Part shown: positions 38,535-48,399 of the stretch, piece by piece
Numbering within the stretch: the stretch's first letter is position 1
How the letters are laid out: the number at the start of each line of letters is the position of its first letter
NCBI RefSeq assembly: GCF_004010195.1
Contig: NC_057717.1
Coordinates: forward strand, 63,279,168 to 63,343,167
Length of the DNA stretch: 64,000 nt
Reading direction: 5' to 3'
Source of the DNA: Chiloscyllium plagiosum
Lineage: Eukaryota
The notes under the pieces: generated by a model
Told to the model about the DNA's origin: nothing
The model's input: only the letters and a program-made list of their open reading frames with translations
Database searches by the model: none
Position numbers and translations under genes: made by a program

Positions 38535-40393
38535 AGGGTTAAAAACCTCTCCCACAGACAGCTCACAGACACGGAAAGAACAATACTGGCCAAGGGAGTC
38601 AACTACAACCACAGGGACGCCAAGACAGCAGACTTCCTAGCAGCACTAGAATGCACTCAGGAACAATGGACTGACAGAAGAGACACAACAAACAGTGAGN
38701 NNNNNNNNNNNNNNNNNNNNNNNNNNNNNNNNNNNNNNNNNNNNNNNNNNNNNNNNNNNNNNNNNNNNNNNNNNNNNNNNNNNNNNNNNNNNNNNNNNNN
38801 NNNNNNNNNNNNNNNNNNNNNNNNNNNNNNNNNNNNNNNNNNNNNNNNNNNNNNNNNNNNNNNNNNNNNNNNNNNNNNNNNNNNNNNNNNNNNNNNNNNN
38901 NNNNNNNNNNNNNNNNNNNNNNNNNNNNNNNNNNNNNNNNNNNNNNNNNNNNNNNNNNNNNNNNNNNNNNNNNNNNNNNNNNNNNNNNNNNNNNNNNNNN
39001 NNNNNNNNNNNNNNNNNNNNNNNNNNNNNNNNNNNNNNNNNNNNNNNNNNNNNNNNNNNNNNNNNNNNNNNNNNNNNNNNNNNNNNNNNNNNNNNNNNNN
39101 NNNNNNNNNNNNNNNNNNNNNNNNNNNNNNNNNNNNNNNNNNNNNNNNNNNNNNNNNNNNNNNNNNNNNNNNNNNNNNNNNNNNNNNNNNNNNNNNNNNN
39201 NNNNNNNNNNNNNNNNNNNNNNNNNNNNNNNNNNNNNNNNNNNNNNNNNNNNNNNNNNNNNNNNNNNNNNNNNNNNNNNNNNNNNNNNNNNNNNNNNNNN
39301 NNNNNNNNNNNNNNNNNNNNNNNNNNNNNNNNNNNNNNNNNNNNNNNNNNNNNNNNNNNNNNNNNNNNNNNNNNNNNNNNNNNNNNNNNNNNNNNNNNNN
39401 NNNNNNNNNNNNNNNNNNNNNNNNNNNNNNNNNNNNNNNNNNNNNNNNNNNNNNNNNNNNNNNNNNNNNNNNNNNNNNNNNNNNNNNNNNNNNNNNNNNN
39501 NNNNNNNNNNNNNNNNNNNNNNNNNNNNNNNNNNNNNNNNNNNNNNNNNNNNNNNNNNNNNNNNNNNNNNNNNNNNNNNNNNNNNNNNNNNNNNNNNNNN
39601 NNNNNNNNNNNNNNNNNNNNNNNNNNNNNNNNNNNNNNNNNNNNNNNNNNNNNNNNNNNNNNNNNNNNNNNNNNNNNNNNNGCAAAAAACGGATATCCTC
39701 GCAATTTCATCAACAGATGCCTAAGGGAAAGACAATGGAACGAGGACATGCCGCAACCCAAAGGACTAGCCACACTACCATACATCAAGAACATCTCTGA
39801 AATGACAGCCAGACTACTGCGACCACTAGGACTTATAACAGCACACAAACCAACAGCCACTCTCAGACAACAACTCACCAGAACGATGGACCCGATACCC
39901 AGCATGAGCAAAACTAATGTAGTGTACAAAATCCCATGCAAGGACTGCACAAAACACGACGCAGGACAAACAGGAAGACAGCTAACGATCCGCATCCACG
40001 AACATCAACGAGCCACGAAACGACACAACCAGCTATCCCCAGTAGCCACACACGCAGACGACAAGCAACATGACTTTGACTGGAACAACACTACCATTAT
40101 AGGGCAAGCGAAACAAAGAACAGCCAGGGAATTCCTAGAAGCATGGCACTCATCCACAAACTCCATCAACAAACATCGACCTGGACCCAATATAGCGGCC
40201 ACTACAGCGGACAGCTGAAACTGACAACCGGAAGCGGCAGGGACAGGCCACTATAAATGCCGGAGGAAACACCACAGAAGCGCTTCACAGGAGGCTCCGA
40301 AACACTGAGGATGTCACCTGGACAGGGGACGAAACGTTTGCAACAAAAACTTCCAGCTCGGCGAACAGAACCATAATAACGAGCACCCAAGCT
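38535..40393 (+). mobile_element. Young Penelope-like element (RT mostly in gap; GIY-YIG domain and pLTR visible)
   Basis: VKNLSHRQLTDTERTILAKGVNY before the gap; NGYPRNFI...LPYIKNISE...NVVYKIPCKDCTKHDAGQTGRQLTIRIHEH...REFLEAWH after it; pLTR ends AAATCTTCTCACAAACTTT. Confidence 0.93.
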
Positions 40394-40702
40394 ACAAATC
40401 TTCTCACAAACTTTCAACATGACATTCAACCAGTTCCTACCGAGATATAACACTGGCATCGACCTGACAATGTGGGAAACTATCGAGCGTGTCCTGTATA
40501 TGCACAGACTCACTGACTACCCCATTGATCTCACAACTATCATGAATATTATGATGAAAAATGTCATCAGCAGTGGTGTCAATCAGCACTTCCTCAGCAC
40601 CAATGTTTCTATGAAGTACAGTTTGTGATTAACCAGGGCAGTCATCCCCTGGCCTCATTGAAAACTTGGTCTAAACATGGACAACAAGAAAACACACAGC
40701 TG

Positions 40703-42482
40703 AAATCTGGGACCTGCAACAGCCAATCCTGTCCCTGTTCTACCCATGTCTCCGTAATAGCCACAACATCGAAGTCCCAGGTACCAACCCACGCTGCAAG
40801 TTCACCTACCTTATTTCGTACACTTCTTGCATTGAAGTATACACACTTCAACCAACTTTTCTGTTTACCGGTATCCTCCTTTGAAATTGATGCCATGTTC
40901 CTAACTTCCCAACACTCCAGGTCCTGCACCCTAAAGCTTCAGTCTGGGTCCCCATGCCCCTGCAGAGTTAGTTTAAAACCNNNNNNNNNNNNNNNNNNNN
41001 NNNNNNNNNNNNNNNNNNNNNNNNNNNNNNNNNNNNNNNNNNNNNNNNNNNNNNNNNNNNNNNNNNNNNNNNNNNNNNNNNNNNNNNNNNNNNNNNNNNN
41101 NNNNNNNNNNNNNNNNNNNNNNNNNNNNNNNNNNNNNNNNNNNNNNNNNNNNNNNNNNNNNNNNNNNNNNNNNNNNNNNNNNNNNNNNNNNNNNNNNNNN
41201 NNNNNNNNNNNNNNNNNNNNNNNNNNNNNNNNNNNNNNNNNNNNNNNNNNNNNNNNNNNNNNNNNNNNNNNNNNNNNNNNNNNNNNNNNNNNNNNNNNNN
41301 NNNNNNNNNNNNNNNNNNNNNNNNNNNNNNNNNNNNNNNNNNNNNNNNNNNNNNNNNNNNNNNNNNNNNNNNNNNNNNNNNNNNNNNNNNNNNNNNNNNN
41401 NNNNNNNNNNNNNNNNNNNNNNNNNNNNNNNNNNNNNNNNNNNNNNNNNNNNNNNNNNNNNNNNNNNNNNNNNNNNNNNNNNNNNNNNNNNNNNNNNNNN
41501 NNNNNNNNNNNNNNNNNNNNNNNNNNNNNNNNNNNNNNNNNNNNNNNNNNNNNNNNNNNNNNNNNNNNNNNNNNNNNNNNNNNNNNNNNNNNNNNNNNGG
41601 TCTTCGTCACTTCCCCCTGCTGCTCCCGCTCTTTCTTTCTGTAAAGAGAGAAAAAAACACCGCTTCCCGCTACCGGTAAGTAATTTTAAAACAAACTGTC
41701 TTAACTTAGCTGCTGCTCGCACTTAAAGTGACCGTTGGCGTCGAAGGGTGAGTATTTGTACTCACTGCTTTCCTTCCCGGCTGCCCCTCCGGTCTTCGTC
41801 ACTTCCCCCTGCTGCTCCCGCTCTTTCTTTCTGTAAAGAGAGAAAAAAACACCGCTTCCCGCTACCGGTAAGTAATTTTAAAACAAACTGTCTTACCTTA
41901 GCTGCTGCTCGCACTCAAAGTGACCGTTGGCGTCGAAGGGTGAGTATTTATAGTCACTGCTTTCCCTCCCGGCGGCCCCTCTGGTCTTCGTCACTTCCCC
42001 CTGCTGCACCCGCTCTTTCTGTGAAGAGAAAAAAAAGCACCGCTGCCCGCTACCGGTAAGTAATTTTAAAACAAACTGTCTTACCTTAGCTGCTGCTCGC
42101 ACTCAAAGTGACCGTTGGCGTCGAAGGGTGAGCATTTATACTCAATCCTTTCCTTCCCGGCGTACCCTCTGGTCTTCGTCACTTCCCCCTGCTGCTCCCG
42201 CTCTTTCTGTGAAGAGAAAAAAAGCACCGCTGCCCGCTACCGGTAAGTAATTTTAAAACAAACTGTCTTACCTTAGCTGTTGCTCGCACTCAAAGTGACC
42301 GTTGGCGTCGAAGGGTGAATATTTACACTCACTGCTTTCCTTCCTGGCGGCCCCTCTGATCTTCGTCACTTCCCCCTGCTGCTCCCGCTCTTTCTGTGAA
42401 GAGAAAAAAAACACCGCTGCCCGCTACCGGTAAGTAATGTTAAAAAAAACTGCCTTACCTTAGCTGCTGCTCGCACTCAAAG
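40703..42482 (-). mobile_element. 5' portion of a young CR1 LINE: tandem 5'-UTR array, (gap), ORF1 stop, start of the ORF2 APE endonuclease; no 3' end
   Basis: LKCVYFNARSVRNKVGELAAWVGTWDFDVVAITETW (APE N-terminal NAR and ITETW motifs). TTAAACTAA (..LN*), typical of the CR1 ORF1 end, lies at ~40968-40976. The link to the array crosses a gap but is supported by continuity of the host element. Confidence 0.8.
41599..42482 (-). promoter_or_regulatory. Tandem array of 187-192 bp CpG-rich monomers (~4.7 visible), putative CR1 5' promoter monomers
   Basis: Unit starts at 41599, 41791, 41983, 42171 and 42358. On the minus strand the monomers carry GGAAGTGACG, a TATAAATA consensus, TCACTTT (Inr-like) and a GTAAG...TACTTAC...(Y)nACAG mini-intron. 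Confidence 0.7.
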
Positions 42483-42859
42483 AGTGGCTGCACTTAACGT
42501 TAACATAACTGTTCTTTATCAAATGTGGCATCATGAATTAATTGCAAAATTGGAGCAAATGAGAATCAGAGAAACTTCTGTACTGGTTGAAGTTATACCT
42601 GGTTCAAAGGAAGATGGTTGAGAGCAGCTATCTCTGCTCCACTACAGCGCTGCAGCGATTACCCAGGGAAAGTGTTTCTGGGTATGCCTGTAGATCAGAA
42701 AAGGAAAGGTAAGACTCCATAATCTGAAGAGATGATGTGGTTACGCTCTTGTTAGAAAGAGCGAATCGGTAGTAGTTTAACTGGACAGTGAGTGTGCTAC
42801 ACAGAACGGAGTAGCTGAGTGAAGCAATACTGTGCAGGACAGGACAAACAGTCAGTGCA

Positions 42860-43066
42860 GGAATTGAACCAACAGTGTTGGCATGAATCTGCATTATAAA
42901 CTAGCCATCTAACTGATTGAGCTAACGACGTCCTGACTCAACTCCTTAGGGATGATATTTTAATATTAATCTGTTCAGATGTGTTGTTACACACCTCTGG
43001 AGTAGGTGGAAGTCGAAGCAAGTTTCCTAGCTGAGAAAGAGTGTCATTATCAGTGAGTTCCAAGAG
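42860..43066 (-). mobile_element. Degenerate tRNA-derived SINE head(s)
   Basis: Minus strand GTTAGCTCAATCAGTTAGATGG...GGTTCAATTCCTGCAC (A and B boxes) and a second decayed head at ~42975-43066. Confidence 0.5.
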
Positions 43067-45861
43067 TGATGTCTGTTCTCGATCGAACAATCTTCACCTG
43101 CATAATGAATAACTATTTCTCCACCGCAAAATCACAAGTGGGAGTGTTTTCCAATGATTTCATAATATTCAACCTCATACGTGATTACTCAGATATGCAA
43201 AATATGCAGGCGCATGCTTAAAAGCGACAAGTCACCTTATCCTTACACACATGCCAGACAACTATCACCTCTAACAATAAATTCAATGCTATCGCGTCAA
43301 CAGAATTCCGAAGGACCAATATACTGGATATTACTGTTAACTAGAACTGGATGAATCAAATAAATTCATTATCCGTTCCAGTGAGGGGCTTATGCTGAAA
43401 CGTTTTGACTCTCTGTACCTCAGTTGTTGTCTGACATCCTGTGGTATTCCGGAACCACACTTGCCAACCGAAATAAATTCATTGTCTTTAAGAGTATGTC
43501 AGAGGCTATGAATCCAGTAAAAATAAATTTCCTCAAGATTTCTGAAAGCCTATCCGCCATCGTTTCGACACACGTTGAAAATGCATGTGATTAGATATAA
43601 ACCATGTATCAATTTGAGTGCAGCATTACTCCTGATCGACGGACAGTCACTCGCAACAATGCCTGCCATCTACATAGTACTCTGCAGAAATTTACCGAAG
43701 CCTCTTACAAAGTACCCCTGAAAAACCACCATCAAGAAGGACAAGGGCAGCAGATACATGGGAGCACCAGAACGGTCACCTACCAAGCCACCCACCATCC
43801 TGATTGGGACATATATTGCTGTTCCTCAGTGTCACTGTTTCAAGTTCCCTCCCTAATGGTATTGTAAACGTACCTACAGTGCTTGGGTTGTCAGGGTGTA
43901 TTGTGGCAGCTTACTACCACCTCCGCAAGGGCAACATGGGAGGGCAATAAATACTGGCTCAATCACATCCCATGAATAAATTAGAATGAAAACTATTGTC
44001 CAATTAATGCCCAAAATTGGGCACTGAGTTTTGGTTTTGTGAGCGCACGCTGGTTGGGCACAGCCAGTGCCTTGGTTGCTGTGAACAGCTCAAAGGATTT
44101 GCTGTTTGAAACACATTGTCAGTCTTTCAAATGCATGGCCTACATACCTAACATCAGGTACACACTAACATTGACACATCACATTCCTGCGCTATGAGAA
44201 GGACAGAAGGAAATGATAATGTACCCATATGTCGCTGTAGAACGTTAGACAGTGATAAATTTGCCATGAAAATGATTGTGTGTGAATGTTAGCTCACAAT
44301 GTTATTACAAGGGAAAGTAATTGCGTCCTTACTCTTCATAATAATTTGCTCTTGGTTGTAGTAATGAGATGCATCATTACAAAGCCCCTTACTGTGATTT
44401 GTGCACTGCTTTCATCATATAGTTATCATAAAAGTGAAGAGAACAAATGGGTGGTTTTGTGCTTATCGGACAATTGAAAAGTCAATATTACCTTACGATG
44501 TCGAACCATCAATAATGCGACTTTGCTGTTAATGGTTTGACCAATGCTATAAATACCTACATAGAAATTTCTATCTTGAGTCACACACTTGGAAGTTGGT
44601 CTGGGATCATCCTGGTCATCAATTCTGTTTACACACTGCCATTGTGGAGCTGACATCCACTGAATACGATTTATGAGGGATTCAGTGCAAGACGCCATGC
44701 GTGTCAGAAGTCCATCATCTTTACAGCAATTTCATTTCGGATCGGGTCCAAGGTAGAGACTTACAGAGTTTCGGTGGCATACGAGAAGAGATAAACTTGC
44801 AAAACATGCTTCTGGTCAGGTGTTTTTTTACAAATGTTGAATTGTGTTTGGACCAGCACCAAGCACTGTGCTAGTCGATTGACCATGCATTTCCCTGTTG
44901 TTCAGGAATGTCCCTATTTGGTCTGTTGTGAGGGATTGTGTGGAAACTGGTCAGCTCCAGTGTGAAAGGACTCTGGATAGATTTTGGAACTGGCCAGTGT
45001 TTTGGAGGTAGTGGTGAAGCCCAGTAACACCGCGTCTGAATTCAGTCTTTTTAAAAGATATTTTCNNNNNNNNNNNNNNNNNNNNNNNNNNNNNNNNNNN
45101 NNNNNNNNNNNNNNNNNNNNNNNNNNNNNNNNNNNNNNNNNNNNNNNNNNNNNNNNNNNNNNNNNNNNNNNNNNNNNNNNNNNNNNNNNNNNNNNNNNNN
45201 NNNNNNNNNNNNNNNNNNNNNNNNNNNNNNNNNNNNNNNNNNNNNNNNNNNNNNNNNNNNNNNNNNNNNNNNNNNNNNNNNNNNNNNNNNNNNNNNNNNN
45301 NNNNNNNNNNNNNNNNNNNNNNNNNNNNNNNNNNNNNNNNNNNNNNNNNNNNNNNNNNNNNNNNNNNNNNNNNNNNNNNNNNNNNNNNNNNNNNNNNNNN
45401 NNNNNNNNNNNNNNNNNNNNNNNNNNNNNNNNNNNNNNNNNNNNNNNNNNNNNNNNNNNNNNNNNNNNNNNNNNNNNNNNNNNNNNNNNNNNNNNNNNNN
45501 NNNNNNNNNNNNNNNNNNNNNNNNNNNNNNNNNNNNNNNNNNNNNNNNNNNNNNNNNNNNNNNNNAAGGCTGACGTGTTTTCACTGCAATAAAATAGGTC
45601 CAATAAGTGCACAGCGTTCGTGGTTCAGTAAAAGCACTGGGTAGAAGATATCAGAAAGTAGCATAAGACAGGGAATGTTGTTAAAATTGCAAAATGAATC
45701 ACAATGGATGCGAAACTTTTGCGCCAGAATGTACTACACCAGACAGACTATATTTGAGAAGAAAGTGGTAGTTCTTCATCAATTATTTATTTGCGAAAAT
45801 ATGATGTCCTCTCATAGAGTGGGAATAATACCACAAGAAGATTTAGTATTCAGAGATACGG

Positions 45862-46195
45862 GATCAGATCAATCCTTCATGTTGACGAATGAAGAGAATA
45901 TGTAACGCAGAAATACTAGTCCTGGAAAAAGTGCTAGCACGTGGAATTTATTGCGATCCGAGAAATGTTCCATATGCACAGTGAGTTAAAAGTGTGACGG
46001 GAGTTGTGGAGAAGTATTAATAGGAGTAGATCAGATCAATCCTTCATGTTGACGAATGAAGAGAATATGTAACGCAGAAATACTAGTCCTGGAAAAAGTG
46101 CTAGCACGTGGAATTTATTGCGATCCGAGAAATGTTCCATATGCACAGTGAGTTAAAAGTGTGACGGGAGTTGTGGAGAAGTATTAATAGGAGTA
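45862..46195 (+). repeat. Exact 167-bp tandem duplication (45862-46028 / 46029-46195)
   Basis: Both units read GATCAGATCAATCC...TATTAATAGGAGTA; no mismatch seen. Confidence 0.93.
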
Positions 46196-46450
46196 TTGGA
46201 GAAACTCTAGACTCCTGGAGTACAATTCGTGTTTTATGACAATGTAGCTGAGGTAGGTTTGCAGCCTACTGTGGTGAAAAGCCCAATGGAGAAACAAAAT
46301 TCTGTAATACTGAGGTATTTCCGTTTTTTCACCTCTCAGCCTACCTCAAAAAACGGAAAGCTGAAACAATTGTATCCAAATGCGTATGCAGAAGAATATT
46401 CTGAATGTATTTCGGAATGCGACCATCTTAACAAAAGATATATGGATGAG

Positions 46451-46645
46451 CTGAAAATGTGTTGCTGGAAAAGCGCAGCAGGTCAGGCAGCATCCACGGA
46501 ACAGGAGAATCGACGTTTCAGGCATAAGCCCTTCTTCAGGAAGAAGGGCTTATGCTCGAAACGTCGATTCTCCTGTTCCTTGGATGCTGCCTGGCAATTC
46601 CTGAAGAAAGGCTTAAGCCCAAAAAAGTCGATTTTCCTGTTCCTT
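46451..46645. mobile_element. Penelope-type pLTR fragments forming a 54-bp-arm palindrome plus a third partial copy; hammerhead core on the minus strand at 46508-46542
   Basis: Arms 46484-46537 and 46540-46593. The minus strand reads CTGAAGA-A-GGGC TTAT GCCT-GAAAC-GTC. Related decayed copies at ~26490-26596, ~43380-43465, ~60395-60510 and ~63345-63460. Confidence 0.85.
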
Positions 46646-48399
46646 GGGGGTTGTGGTTTATGGGAGATGTATAACCGGAGTTCAGCTCGCAGTAGTGGAA
46701 TGAAATGATCTGTTTCGGCCACTGCAGTGTGTCATCTCTAAACAGGACCTGGATGAGGGCGTAGCAGAATCGGTAAGAAAAATTGTGAATGACACTTATG
46801 TTGGTGGAGTTGTGGATAGTGACGAACGATTTTGCAGGTTACAATGCGACATATACAAGCTACAGAGGTAGGCTGAGAGGTGAAAAAATGAGTTTACTGT
46901 GGATAAGTGTGAGGTGATTCACTTTCGAAAGAGCAACAGGAATACAGAGTGGTGGGCGAGAGGAAGGATTCTTGATAGTGCAGATGAACAGAGAGATCTT
47001 GGTGTCCATGTGCATAGATCTCTGAAAATTTCCACTCAGGTTGATATTGCTGTAAGAAGGCACATGTAGTGTTGGCATTTTTGGTAGAGGGATTGACGGT
47101 CATAACCATGAGGTTAAGTTTCAGCTGTAAAAAATTCTGGTGCGACCACACTTGGAGTATTGCGTGCAGTTCTGGTAACTGCATTACAGTAAAGACGAGT
47201 GAACTTTGGAAAGGACTCACAGCAGATTTACCAGAATGTTGCTGAGTATGGAAAGAAGTTCTGACGAGGAAAGGCTGAGGATCTTGAGTCTGTTTTCGTT
47301 CGAGAGAAGAAAGTTGACATGTGACTTAATTGAAACATGTGAGACTATCAGAGGTTTATACAAGTTGGACACTGACAGCTTTCTCCCTTGGATGGTGATG
47401 GCCAGCATGATGAGGCATAGATTTAAATTTTGGGCTCATTGATATAGGTCTGAAGTCAGAGGTAGTTTCGTCCCTCATACAGACTCAGGGCGTGGAATGC
47501 CCCGCTCATAACATTTGTAGACTCGCCAAGTTAATGGGCACTTAAAAGATCACTGGATAAACATTCGGATGGAAGTGGAATAGTTCAGGATGATTCGGCT
47601 TCAGATTGGTTTCACAGGTCGGGGCGATATCGAGGGCTGAAAGGCCTGTCATGTGCTGCAATGTTCTACATTCTATGTTCTATGATGGCACTTAGACCCA
47701 AATTAAAGTACGGAAAATCAGCAATTGAATCTAATCACACTGAGGGATCAAGAGTTAAGTGGACATGCGAAGACTTTTTATCATTTATGAGAGGTTTCAT
47801 CAGAGTACAGATTGCTCAGAAGCTTGGTAAGTGAATGAAACATACATTATAGACATTTGCTGATGCTATGTGTTTGGAACTTGGAATGTTTTGCTTCAGA
47901 GTAAAAGGAGAATTTGATCCGTATCTGGAGCGGAGATAAACAAGCACTGCAGATGGAAGATAACAGAAATTCGAATAGTTGTCTAAAATTTGTTTGTTTG
48001 CAATATGGAAGTAAATTCCTTTCACTATAGGACAATCTAAAAATCACACTAACTGGCTTTATTTTTGAATCCAGACAGCCTATTTCTTCATTTCCCCCAC
48101 CCCCCCAGTCAATATTCATTTTGGTCATCAATTCATGACTGCCAGTATCACACATAAAAGAAGGAAAATCCAAATCTTTCCATGAAACAGCAGGGGGAAA
48201 ACAGCGCTCTGAAGAAAAGGCATAGAAGTAAGGATTGAATTGATATCAATTGAGAGTCATAAAATGTCACGTGTACTCACCTGCCTGTGTTGAAAAATAT
48301 ACTCTTCCATCAATGTCGGGTTATCTTAGATACACAAGTACCTAATTTCGGAAACTTGGAACAACACAGGAAACAACCTGGAAAGCACAGGAACATGCA

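Larger units (their letters stand above)
38480..43980 (+). mobile_element. Old non-LTR element (RT to 3' end) hosting nested Penelope, CR1 and SINE insertions
   Basis: Colinear pieces: LDNAKAVGPNNI (38480-38534); YNTGIDLTMW..QF..QG..PGLIENLV*TWT (40395-40700); RVAALNVN..QMWHHELIAKLEQMRI (42481-42620); 3' end GGCAATAAATACTGGC..CACATCCCATGAATAAAT (~43980). Confidence 0.7.
45570..47682 (+). mobile_element. Degenerate CR1 LINE to 3' end, containing a tandem duplication and a pLTR palindrome
   Basis: RFTRMLLSMERSSDEERLRILSLFSFERRKL (47206..47442), GAGAGATCTTGGTGTC (RDLGV) and a 3' tail AAGGCCTGTCATGTGCTGCAATGTTCTACATTCTATGTTCTATG. Confidence 0.85.

Noticed and set aside
38472-41722. Long ORFs of 200-500 aa in the ORF track
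   Set aside because: Their length comes from N-gaps; the real portions are Penelope or CR1 fragments.
41599-42482. CRISPR array or 5S/snRNA gene tandem
   Set aside because: Whole units repeat with no unique spacers, there are no cas genes, the context is eukaryotic, and I recognise no 5S, tRNA or snRNA sequence in the unit.
44426-44698. 90-aa ORF in apparently unique sequence
   Set aside because: No recognisable family motif or convincing exon boundaries.
44843-44870. Possible V(D)J recombination signal (TGTGTTTGG-12 nt-CACTGTG)
   Set aside because: The nonamer matches only 6/9, and there is no J (F/WGxG) or V segment adjacent. Other CACAGTG sites checked also lack nonamers.
46229-46708. 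159-aa ORF with an internal repeated peptide
   Set aside because: By-product of the pLTR palindrome inside CR1 debris.
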